From Ignavibacterium sp. (lineage in GTDB: Bacteria > Bacteroidota > Ignavibacteria > UBA10030): 64,000 bases of DNA. Location: assembly GCA_039961715.1 (NCBI GenBank), contig JABRVW010000042.1, positions 1,025 through 65,024 on the forward strand, in the 5' to 3' direction. This document shows positions 56,007 to 64,000 of this stretch, one piece after another. Position numbers and translations under genes: made by a program. Position 1 is the first letter of the stretch, and every line of letters starts with the position of its first letter. The notes beneath the pieces were generated by a model that saw only the letters and a program-made list of their open reading frames with translations, did no database searches and was not told where the DNA came from.

Positions 56007-59000
56007 TTAATTCACCTTTTCCAAGAAAATCTCGCATGGCTCCCCGTTGACATCCACGGCCGCTCCTCCGCCGCCCCGTCCGTCCTCAGCCCTTCCCAAC
56101 TCCACTGCGAGCGTTTCCTGCATGATGTACGATTTCAGCTCTCCAATCGCATGCGCGAGACGGTCCGACGAACGAAAGGAAATCCTGATCCGGTCCGTCA
56201 CTGCAAATCCGGAATCTTTCCTCAGGTTCTGAATCCGATTCACAAACTCACGCGCCAATCCCTCGTCAATCAGTTCGTCATCAAGCTGTGTGTCGAGCGC
56301 AACCGTCACCGGACCGTCCGACTCCACGATCCATCCTTTCAATTCCTCATGCAGAATCTCCACGTCATCCCTGGTCACCGTCCATTCCCCGCCGTTTCCG
56401 GAGATCCTCACGCTCCCCTCCGCCACCAGACGGCCAACCTGGGCCGGCGTGAATTCCCGGATCGCCCCTGCCACTTGCTGGACAGCCTTGCCGAACTTTG
56501 GTCCCAGAGTCTTGAAATTCGGCTTTGCCCTGCGCCGGACAATGCCGGAGTCTTCCGTGACAAACTCGATCTCCCGCACATTGATTTCCTCCAAAATCAC
56601 CTCCCGCATCTGCTCGATGCGCTTCCGTTCCTTTGCCGAGGTGACCGGAATGAGAATCTTGCGCAGGGGCTGCCGGACCTTGAGGTTGGATTTCTTCCGC
56701 ATGGCTCTCACCAAACCCACGATCGTGATCGCCAGTTCCATTCGTTGCTCAAGCTCCGGATCGATCAAATCCCTTGCGGGCGCCGGCAGGTCGGAAACGT
56801 GCACAGAAACGGCGGGATTCTTCTTCGTCACCGAATTCAGGTTTCTGAAAATCTCCTCGCTCAGGAACGGAGCAAAGGGAGAGAACATCTGGGTCACCAA
56901 CATAAGACATTCGTAGAGCGTCTGGTACGCCGCGGTTTTGTCGTTCCCTTGTTCGCTTTTCTCCCCGGGGCGGGCCTTCGACCAGAACCGCCGCCTGTTC
57001 CGACGCACGTACCAGTTCGAGAGCCGGTCCACGGTGAATTCCTGCACTGCCCGCGCCGCGCGCGTCACGTCGAACGCGTCCATCCACTGAATGTACGACG
57101 CAAGAAGCGAATTCAGCTCGGAAAGGATCCAGCGATCGATCTCCGGGCGTTCGGAAACAGGAACCGGATCCTCTGCATAGGTGAATCCGTCGATGTTTGC
57201 GTAGAGAGCGAAGAAAGCGTACGTATTGACCAGGGTGCTGAAGAACTTCCGCTGAACATCGCCGACGGCATCGGGATCGAACAGGGTCGGACGCCAGACG
57301 GGGCTGTTGGAAACGAGGTACCAGCGCGTAGAATCGGCACCGTAGGTCTTGATCAACCCGAAGGGGTCGACCGTGTTGCCCTTCGACTTTGACATCTTCT
57401 GGCCGTGCTTATCCAGAATCAGCTCGTTCACGAGGACGTTCCGGAACGCCGCCTTCCCAAACAGCGAGGTGCCGATGGCATGCAGGGTGTAGAACCATCC
57501 ACGGGTCTGGTCGATCCCCTCGGAAATATAATCCGCCGGATAGGATCGTTCGAATTCCTCCCGATTCTCGAAAGGATAATGCCACTGGGCGAAGGGCATG
57601 GAGCCGGAGTCGAACCAGACATCGATCAGCTCGGGTGTGCGCGTCATCGTGCCGCCGCATTCACAGGCAAAACGGACCTGGTCCACAGCCGGCTTGTGGA
57701 GATCGAGGGTTGAGGGAACGTTCTCGCCCTTGCGGAGCTCTTCAACGCTTCCGATGCACTTCTGTTTTCCACAGTCGGCACATATCCAGATGGGAAGGGG
57801 TGTCCCCCAGAACCGGTCACGCGAGAGTGCCCAATCCTTGTTTTCTTCAAGCCAGTTGCCGAATCTTCCACTCCCCACCTCGGGAGGCACCCAGTTGATC
57901 GAGGCGTTCTGTTTGACCATTTCGGCAGCATAGGATGTGGTTCTGATGTACCAGGATTCGCGCGCATAGTAGAGCAGCGGCGATCCGCACCTCCAGCAAT
58001 GAGGATAGCTGTGAAGGTACTGTTCCTTTTTATAGAGAATCCCGCGCCGTTTTAGATCCGCAATGATCTCGGGATCAGCTTCCTTCACGAACTTGCCCGC
58101 GAAATCCGTCACTTCAGGACCGAACTCACCCGACTTGTTGACCGGATGAATTGTGGGAAGCCCGTATTTCTGACCGGCCTGATAGTCATCCTCACCGTAG
58201 GCCGGGGCCATGTGGACAATACCTGAACCATCCTCGGTTGTCACAAAATCCGCTTCCACGACATACCATCCCCTTTCTTTGACGGGATGGTAGGAATACA
58301 GCCGTTCGTACTCCCTGCCCGCGAGCGCGGACCCCTTCATCGAATCTACAACTTCATGGTCGTCGCCCAGAACTCCCAGTCGGGCTTTGGCGAGGATCAG
58401 CAGTTCGCCCTTGTGCAGGACCTTCACGTAGTCCACGTGCGGATGGACGGCAAGGGCAACGTTCGAGATCAGGGTCCAGGGTGTTGTGGTCCAGACAAGG
58501 AAAAACGTGTTCTCCTCTCCCTTAACCTTGAGCTTGACGTAGATTGAGGGGTCCTTGACGTCCCTGTACCCCTGGGCGACCTCGTGGGAAGAGAGCGGTG
58601 TTTCGCACCGCGGACAGTATGGCTGGATTTTATAGCCCCTGTAGATAAGCCCCTTATCAAAGAATTGCTTCAGGGCCCACCACACGGATTCGATATAGTT
58701 GTTCTCGAATGTGACGTACGGATGTTCGAGATCCACCCAGTATCCCATGTGCCGCGTCAGCTCTTCCCATTCAGTTTTGTACTTCCAGACCGACTTGCGG
58801 CATTCCTCGTTGAATTTCGCGACGCCGTACTCGACGATTTCGTCCTTGTGTCTGATGCCGAGGGATTTTTCGACTTCGATCTCCACCGGCAGGCCGTGCG
58901 TATCCCATCCTGCCTTGCGCGGCACCTGGAATCCGCGCAGGGTTTTGTAGCGGCAGACCAGATCCTTGAGCATCCGGGCCATCACGTGATGAATGCCGGG

Positions 59001-59177
59001 CTTGCCGTTGGCGGTGGGAGGTCCTTCGTAGAACACAAAGCGGGGCTTTCCTTCGCGCGAGGTGATGCTCTTTTCAAAGATCTTCTCCTGATCCCAGAAC
59101 CGGAGGATTCTCTGCTCGAGGTCGAAGTAGTTGAGCTTATCGGAGAGGGAGGGAAACATGGGTGTTGCGTTCTTCAT
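56007..59177 (-). CDS. ileS: Isoleucine--tRNA ligase (type 2)
   Basis: PTANGKPGIHHV (HIGH) and KMSKSKGN (KMSKS), over 1050 aa. The start is ambiguous among 59210 (TTG), 59177 and 59159 (both ATG). Confidence 0.95.
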   Translation of the reverse strand: MKNATPMFPSLSDKLNYFDLEQRILRFWDQEKIFEKSITSREGKPRFVFYEGPPTANGKPGIHHVMARMLKDLVCRYKTLRGFQVPRKAGWDTHGLPVEIEVEKSLGIRHKDEIVEYGVAKFNEECRKSVWKYKTEWEELTRHMGYWVDLEHPYVTFENNYIESVWWALKQFFDKGLIYRGYKIQPYCPRCETPLSSHEVAQGYRDVKDPSIYVKLKVKGEENTFFLVWTTTPWTLISNVALAVHPHVDYVKVLHKGELLILAKARLGVLGDDHEVVDSMKGSALAGREYERLYSYHPVKERGWYVVEADFVTTEDGSGIVHMAPAYGEDDYQAGQKYGLPTIHPVNKSGEFGPEVTDFAGKFVKEADPEIIADLKRRGILYKKEQYLHSYPHCWRCGSPLLYYARESWYIRTTSYAAEMVKQNASINWVPPEVGSGRFGNWLEENKDWALSRDRFWGTPLPIWICADCGKQKCIGSVEELRKGENVPSTLDLHKPAVDQVRFACECGGTMTRTPELIDVWFDSGSMPFAQWHYPFENREEFERSYPADYISEGIDQTRGWFYTLHAIGTSLFGKAAFRNVLVNELILDKHGQKMSKSKGNTVDPFGLIKTYGADSTRWYLVSNSPVWRPTLFDPDAVGDVQRKFFSTLVNTYAFFALYANIDGFTYAEDPVPVSERPEIDRWILSELNSLLASYIQWMDAFDVTRAARAVQEFTVDRLSNWYVRRNRRRFWSKARPGEKSEQGNDKTAAYQTLYECLMLVTQMFSPFAPFLSEEIFRNLNSVTKKNPAVSVHVSDLPAPARDLIDPELEQRMELAITIVGLVRAMRKKSNLKVRQPLRKILIPVTSAKERKRIEQMREVILEEINVREIEFVTEDSGIVRRRAKPNFKTLGPKFGKAVQQVAGAIREFTPAQVGRLVAEGSVRISGNGGEWTVTRDDVEILHEELKGWIVESDGPVTVALDTQLDDELIDEGLAREFVNRIQNLRKDSGFAVTDRIRISFRSSDRLAHAIGELKSYIMQETLAVELGRAEDGRGGGGAAVDVNGEPCEIFLEKVN

Positions 59178-59237
59178 GAAAAGGGGAAAAGAAAAATTCA
59201 AAATGAACAAAGGGAAAGAGAGGGCCGGTTTTCGTTT

Positions 59238-60086
59238 TCATTTTGATCCTTTTTCCCCGTCCATTCTCCTTACAACCTCTTTCATGACGGCGGTCATGCG
59301 AGGCTCTGCTTCGTTTGCTGCCGCAATGACTTCTTCCAGTGAGACGGGCTTCAGGGTTTCCGGGAAGCATTCGTCAGTCAGAATGGAAAACCCGAGCACT
59401 TTTATCCCCATATGCACGGCCACGATGTCTTCCGGTACGGTGGACATGCCGACGGCATCTGCCCCAATCGTCTGGAGGAACCTGTATTCTGCCCTTGTTT
59501 CGAGGCTCGGCCCCTGCATCGCGGCGTAGACCCCTTTTTGAACCTTGATCTTCAGGCTTTTTGCGCACTCCTCTGCCAGGGCGATCAACTCCCTGTTGTA
59601 GGGTTCGGACATGTCGGGAAAGCGCGGGCCAAGCGCATCGTCGTTGGGTCCGATAAGAGGATTGTCTCCAAGGAGATTGATATGGTCGATGATGATCATC
59701 AGGTCGCCGCGACGAAAATCCCTGTTCAGCGCTCCTGCCGCGTTCGAAACCAGAAGCGACCGGACGCCGAGAAACTTCATCACGCGCACGGGAAACGTAA
59801 TTTGCTGAAGCGGGTACGCCTCGTAGTAATGAAACCTCCCCTGCATCGCCACGACCGGCTTTCCAGCCAGCTTCCCGAACAGCAGGCGCCCGTGATGTGA
59901 TTCGACGGTTGAAACGGGAAAATGCGGGATCTCCCCATAATCGATCGCCACCTCGGTCTCCATCTCCTTCGCCAATCCTCCCAGCCCGGTCCCAAGAATA
60001 ATGCCGATCGGGGGTTCTGACGACGTTTTCGTGCGGATCACCGCCACCGCTTCGTCGATCTTCCTTCTCAAGTCTGACTTCTGCAT
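59238..60086 (-). CDS. Purine nucleoside phosphorylase (PNP/MTAP family, trimeric type)
   Basis: IGIILGTGLG, STVESHHGRL, MQGRFHYYEAY and VGMSTVPE. Confidence 0.88.
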   Translation of the reverse strand: MQKSDLRRKIDEAVAVIRTKTSSEPPIGIILGTGLGGLAKEMETEVAIDYGEIPHFPVSTVESHHGRLLFGKLAGKPVVAMQGRFHYYEAYPLQQITFPVRVMKFLGVRSLLVSNAAGALNRDFRRGDLMIIIDHINLLGDNPLIGPNDDALGPRFPDMSEPYNRELIALAEECAKSLKIKVQKGVYAAMQGPSLETRAEYRFLQTIGADAVGMSTVPEDIVAVHMGIKVLGFSILTDECFPETLKPVSLEEVIAAANEAEPRMTAVMKEVVRRMDGEKGSK

Positions 60087-60130
60087 GGGCCAAAACAAAA
60101 AAAGAACTCGTGGGGGAGTTCACTCATTCA

Positions 60131-60239
60131 CAGATTCCCGCTGATGACGCAGATGCAATCGCTGATTGCAGATTACGCAGATTGTGCTGATTGCGCAGAT
60201 TGCGCTGATTGCGCTGATTGCGCAGAGAACACAGATTGT
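60131..60239. repeat. 9-nt-period tandem repeat (GC[A/T]GATTGC) x ~11, five core units perfect-phase
   Basis: 60177-60221 reads gcagattgt gctgattgc gcagattgc gctgattgc gctgattgc, and flanking units are degenerate. It is intergenic between divIVA and the PNP gene. Confidence 0.9.
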
Positions 60240-60282
60240 CGAAGCCTCACATCATTCACCTATCAGAGTCAATCGATCCACT

Positions 60283-60813
60283 CTACAGTTTCTTCAGAAT
60301 CTCATCAATCCCGATTTCTTCCTTTCCCGTCCCCAGGGATGTATCCGGGCGTGCGACCTCTTCATCGTCGATCTCCAAAGCTCTCAGAAGCTCCACTTCG
60401 GACGAGAGCAGAACCTTCAGACGGCTGATGATACTTTCCTTGCGGGCCTTGAGGTGCGCGATCTCTTCCTTTGCACGCGCAAAATCCAGCCGCGCCTTTT
60501 CAAGGATCTGAGACGCCTTCATCTGGGCCTCCTGGACTATGAGGTCTGCTTCCTTCCTCGAATTCTCAATCGACTTTCCGCTCGTCTCCTGGGCCTGCAT
60601 GAGCGTCTGCTGGAGGGTTTTCTCCATGTTCTTATAGTCGCGGAGCTGGACCTCAAGCTCAATGAGCTTGTCGTTCATGTCCTTGTTCCGCTTGATCAGG
60701 TCTTCCAGCTCGTTGGAGAGCATGTCGAGGAACGTATCCACCTCGACCGGATCATACCCGCGCATGACCTTCTTGAACTGCTGGCGTTTAACTTCAAGAG
60801 GAGTGATTTTCAT
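60283..60813 (-). CDS. DivIVA-domain protein
   Basis: MKITPLEVKRQQFKKVMRGYDPVEVDTFLD is the canonical DivIVA N-terminus, followed by coiled coil. Confidence 0.87.
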   Translation of the reverse strand: MKITPLEVKRQQFKKVMRGYDPVEVDTFLDMLSNELEDLIKRNKDMNDKLIELEVQLRDYKNMEKTLQQTLMQAQETSGKSIENSRKEADLIVQEAQMKASQILEKARLDFARAKEEIAHLKARKESIISRLKVLLSSEVELLRALEIDDEEVARPDTSLGTGKEEIGIDEILKKL

Positions 60814-60841
60814 GATAGCTCCCTTGGAAAATTCAAGATCA

Positions 60842-60933
60842 GAAATTCGAAAGCCGAGGATACCCGCGTGTCGAATTTCGATATATTCTGCTTTCGTGCT
60901 TGGTTCGAATTTCGAAATTCGGATTTCGTGCTT
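60842..60933. promoter_or_regulatory. AT-rich palindrome/repeat cluster upstream of divIVA
   Basis: There is a perfect 16-bp palindrome CGAATTTCGAAATTCG (60906-60921). TCGAATTTCGA occurs twice (60871, 60905), GAAATTCGA occurs at 60842, and the direct repeat TTTCGTGCTT occurs at 60892 and 60924. Confidence 0.5.
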
Positions 60934-61626
60934 TCAACCAGGTCGTCTTTCCCCGAATATCGCCGTGCCTATCCGCAAGATCGTGGCGCCCTCTTCGATC
61001 GCCACCTCAAAGTCATGGGTCATGCCCATCGAGAGATGTTCCATCGCCACACCGGGAATTCTCTCCGCCTCGATAGTCCGCCGAAGTCCCGCGAGGAGCC
61101 GGAACGACGGACGGGAGTCCTCGGGGTTGTCCGAGAACGGACCCATCGTCATGAGTCCTCGTATCCTCACCTTGTCCAAACGCGCGACCTGTCTTGCCAG
61201 CTCCGCAGTGTCATCAGGCCGGACGCCGGTTTTGGTCGCTTCTTCCGTTGTGTGCACCTCGAGGAGCACATCCACCGGCTTTCGAGCCCTCTTCTGCACT
61301 TCCTGTGCCAACCGGATCGAGTCGAGGGAATGCAGAAGATGGATCGAATCTATAATATACTTAACTTTGTTCGATTGCAGATGGCCTATGAAATGCCATC
61401 GGATCGGTTTTCCGGCCAGGAGATCAATCTTTTCCCTCAACTCCTGAACATAATTCTCACCGAAATCCTCCAACCCGACCGCCAGCGCTTCCTCTATCTT
61501 GTTGGTCCCAAACGTCTTCGAAACAGCCACAATCCGCACGCTGGCTTCATCCCGCCCCGTCCTCTTGCAGATTCCAGCCACGCGGCGCCTCAAATGTTCG
61601 ATATTTTGCGCAATCGTGTCCTGCAT
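60934..61626 (-). CDS. yggS: YggS-family pyridoxal-phosphate homeostasis protein
   Basis: VAVSKT, FGENYVQE, HFIGHLQSNK and MGMT.D motifs. 230 aa. Confidence 0.9.
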   Translation of the reverse strand: MQDTIAQNIEHLRRRVAGICKRTGRDEASVRIVAVSKTFGTNKIEEALAVGLEDFGENYVQELREKIDLLAGKPIRWHFIGHLQSNKVKYIIDSIHLLHSLDSIRLAQEVQKRARKPVDVLLEVHTTEEATKTGVRPDDTAELARQVARLDKVRIRGLMTMGPFSDNPEDSRPSFRLLAGLRRTIEAERIPGVAMEHLSMGMTHDFEVAIEEGATILRIGTAIFGERRPG

Positions 61627-61740
61627 GCCGGAAAAAGGCGGGTCTTAAATATACCCGAAGATTGGAGAAAATGCAATGAGCGGACGGACGGCGGATTTCC
61701 GTAATTTCCAGCCGGTTATTGCCCTCTTTTGAATGATTAC

Positions 61741-61769
61741 TTGACATCGCCTCGTTTTTTTGTTTTATT
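61741..61769 (+). promoter_or_regulatory. Possible sigma70-type promoter (TTGACA-17-TTTATT) for the TPR gene
   Basis: Perfect -35, 17-nt spacer and a 4/6 -10 match, about 50 nt upstream of the ATG at 61821. Confidence 0.4.
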
Positions 61770-61820
61770 CCAAGCGGATAGGCTGTGCTGACGGACTCTC
61801 CCAGAGTTCAGGAAAACTGA

Positions 61821-63236
61821 ATGCAGGCTTTTGACCATTTCGACGACGACGACCAGGCTCCGAAACCACGAAGACGCCGGGACGACGATGTAGCAAGGTT
61901 TCGTGAGCAGTTGAAGAACGGCGAAAAGGACATCAACAGCACCGAGACTCTCGAGGAGATTATCCAACTCTGCTTCGAGACTGAGCAATTCGAAGAAGCC
62001 CTTTCCTATTGCGACCGCCTTCTCTCCTTTGAGCCCTACAATGCCGATGCCTGGCAGCGAAGGGGCATGATCCTCAACAACCTTGCCCGATACGAAGAAG
62101 CCCTTGAAGCGTACGACCAGGCCCTGAACCTCAATCCCGCCGACGCCGAGATTCATGTGAACCGCGGCATTACGCTCGACAACATCAACCGGGTTGAGGA
62201 AGCCGTTGAAGCCTTCGAGTACGCTCTGACGCTCGAACCGGGTTCCGAAGAGGCTCTGTTTCACAAGGGTATCACGCTTGAGAAAATGGACCGCTTCGAT
62301 GAAGCCGTGGAAATCTTCCGCCGCATCCTGGCCGTCAATCCCAACCATCACGAGGCCTGGTACGAACTCGGCTACTGCCATGATTTTCTGGATCAGATGG
62401 AGGAGTCGGTAAAATGCTACGACGAGCACCTGAACCGTGATCCATTCAACTACAATGCGTGGTATAACCGCGGCATCGTCCTGAACAGGCTCGCACGCTA
62501 TGCGCAGGCGATCGAGAGTTACGAGCTTGCCCTTGCCATCAAGGAAGACTTTCCCGCGGCTCTGTACAACATGGGAAACGCTTACGCAAACCTGGGACGA
62601 ATGTTCGAGGCTATCGAAGCGTACAAGAAGACACTGGAAATCGAGCCCGGCGACGTGCCGGCCTGGCACAATCTGGGGAACGCTTACGAGGAACTTGGGC
62701 AGTATGCGAAAGCCGTCGAATGCTTCACCAAGGCCATCGAGTTCGACGATCTGCACTACGAATCGTATTTTGGCCGCGGATGCAGTTACGACGCCCTCGA
62801 CCAGCCACGCAAAGCCCTCGCGGACTACAGGAAGGCGCTCTCCATCTTTGCGGATTATCCCGAACTCTGGTATGCCCGTGCAGACGCCGAGTACAATCTG
62901 AAGCGTTACGAGGACTGCCTTCTGAGCTACCGGATGGTTCTCAAGCTTGATCCGACCAACGCCGAAGCCTGGTTCGACTACGGCGACACATTGCAGGAAC
63001 TCGGGAAAACAGAGGAAGCCGTCACAGCCCTGAACGAGTGTCTCCGCCTTGCCCCGCAGTTCGCTCCGGCATTCTACAGCATGGCGAAGGCGCATCTGCT
63101 CCGGGGGGATAAGGCCGGAGCCCTTGAAAGCCTGAGGAAGGCCTTTGAGATCGATGCCGAGCTGAAAAAGAGCTTTGTCCTCGAGTTTCCGTCGCTGAGC
63201 GCCATGCGCGAGTTCAGGCGCCTTTTGAAGCTCTGA
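61821..63236 (+). CDS. Tetratricopeptide repeat protein (about 11 TPR units)
   Basis: Regular 34-aa repeats (AW..RG..L..L.RYEEALEAYD.AL.L.P). The codon-aligned 452-aa antisense ORF is a shadow. Confidence 0.85.
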   Translation: MQAFDHFDDDDQAPKPRRRRDDDVARFREQLKNGEKDINSTETLEEIIQLCFETEQFEEALSYCDRLLSFEPYNADAWQRRGMILNNLARYEEALEAYDQALNLNPADAEIHVNRGITLDNINRVEEAVEAFEYALTLEPGSEEALFHKGITLEKMDRFDEAVEIFRRILAVNPNHHEAWYELGYCHDFLDQMEESVKCYDEHLNRDPFNYNAWYNRGIVLNRLARYAQAIESYELALAIKEDFPAALYNMGNAYANLGRMFEAIEAYKKTLEIEPGDVPAWHNLGNAYEELGQYAKAVECFTKAIEFDDLHYESYFGRGCSYDALDQPRKALADYRKALSIFADYPELWYARADAEYNLKRYEDCLLSYRMVLKLDPTNAEAWFDYGDTLQELGKTEEAVTALNECLRLAPQFAPAFYSMAKAHLLRGDKAGALESLRKAFEIDAELKKSFVLEFPSLSAMREFRRLLKL

Positions 63237-63282
63237 TGCCTTCCCCGGCCCATCCCGGCCAGTCCCTTATTTCCCTCCTCCC

Positions 63283-64000
63283 ATGCAGCGATACGGCATC
63301 ATAGGCCATCCCGTCTCCCACTCCGATTCCCCAAAACTACACAACGCTGCTTTTGCGGCCGCGGGCCTGGACTGTCGCTACGAGGCCATCGACATCGATC
63401 CGGCGGAACTTGTCGACGGGATAGCATCGCTGAGATCATCGGGCATCGCGGGGTTCAACGTGACGATCCCCCACAAGGAAGCCATCCTTCCTTTGCTCGA
63501 CCGTGTGGATGACGCCGCTCGGGCCGTGGGAGCGGTCAATACGGTCATTCACCGTGACAGGGTTCTGACAGGCTACAACACCGACATTCATGGTTTTCGC
63601 GCCCTCATTGCTCCCTTTGAAAAACCGGTCAACAGCGGCAACGTGGGGATTCTCGGGGCAGGAGGGGCATCGAGAGCGGTACTGCACGTTTTGACTACAT
63701 CGTTCACACCCCGGCGCATTGTGGTTCTCAACAGAACCACGGAGCGCGCAGAACGGATTGCCGCTGCATTCTCGTCCCCCGCTGTGCCCATCGTTCCCGA
63801 ATCGCTGTTTCAGGACGGGCTGCAGGAGCTTGTCGGCGACCTCGCCGTTATCATCAACACAACAAACGTCGGAATGAAGCCGTACACGGATGCTTCCCCG
63901 CTTGAAGACGTCCAATTTCGGAAGGATCAAATTGTTGTGGACCTGATCTATACGCCCATGGAGACTGCACTGCTCAAGGCGGCACGGAAGGCAGGAGCCA
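63283..64000 (+). CDS. aroE: Shikimate dehydrogenase, 5' part (runs off the window)
   Basis: My own translation gives MQRYGIIGHPVSHSDSPKLHNAAF...GFNVTIPHKE...GAVNTV...GYNTD..G...ILGAGGASRAV. It is not in the ORF track because no stop lies in the window. Confidence 0.85.
   Translation, partial: MQRYGIIGHPVSHSDSPKLHNAAFAAAGLDCRYEAIDIDPAELVDGIASLRSSGIAGFNVTIPHKEAILPLLDRVDDAARAVGAVNTVIHRDRVLTGYNTDIHGFRALIAPFEKPVNSGNVGILGAGGASRAVLHVLTTSFTPRRIVVLNRTTERAERIAAAFSSPAVPIVPESLFQDGLQELVGDLAVIINTTNVGMKPYTDASPLEDVQFRKDQIVVDLIYTPMETALLKAARKAGA

Noticed and set aside
60144-60428. ORF encoding an (ADC)n peptide across the 9-nt repeat array
   Set aside because: The repeat merely reads as ADCADC in one frame. 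The ORF continues antisense into divIVA, has no RBS, and the other frames are equally open. It is treated as non-coding tandem repeat.
60899-60925. GGTTCGAAT resembling a tRNA T-loop, possibly a tRNA remnant upstream of divIVA
   Set aside because: The flanking bases cannot form a T-stem (CTTGG versus TTCGA), and no acceptor or anticodon arm is present. The match is part of the AT-rich palindrome.
61737-63095. 452-aa ORF antisense to the TPR gene, almost as long as the gene itself
   Set aside because: It is in exact codon register with the plus-strand TPR gene. Antisense stops would require sense TTA, CTA or TCA codons, which are rare in this GC-rich coding style. The plus-strand product has clear 34-aa TPR periodicity, and the antisense product has no recognisable features.

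Overview
GC-rich, densely packed bacterial chromosomal segment with about 58 protein genes, one tRNA and one SRP RNA. I saw no rRNA, CRISPR array, transposase or integrase. Almost everything is transcribed on the minus strand; only mazG, a W/Y-repeat protein, a TPR protein and aroE are on plus. The gene content suggests an FCB-group organism (Ignavibacteria/Bacteroidota-like): CarboxypepD_reg-type TonB-dependent receptors each followed by a DUF4249 lipoprotein, DUF4905, PspC+DUF4097, ileS-dksA-like-lspA, and ftsK-lolA. Unlike classical Bacteroidota, the sequence shows canonical GGAGG ribosome-binding sites, a textbook TTGACA-17-TATCAT promoter and hairpin+U-tract terminators. Most of the window is housekeeping: folate, purine, glycine cleavage, translation, envelope, cell division, and a probable peptide/proline utilisation cluster. 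The one clearly accessory spot is 39.5-40.1 kb. There an intact tRNA-Ala(CGC) is preceded by a 92-aa GIY-YIG nuclease ORF whose stop codon lies inside the tRNA. Further upstream lie a displaced copy of tRNA nucleotides 1-31, interrupted by a 32-nt palindrome, and a second truncated GIY-YIG 3' end. I read this as repeated insertion of a roughly 315-bp GIY-YIG cassette that replaces the 5' half of the tRNA gene. This is a hypothesis, not a demonstrated system. Other second-look items are an SRP RNA found by eye, three unusual short-period repeat or palindrome blocks in intergenic DNA, a fused polyprenol-kinase-like/DUF92 protein, and an EVE-domain gene directly downstream of a pabB-pabC fusion. 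All product calls rest on motif recognition in the supplied translations, not on database searches.
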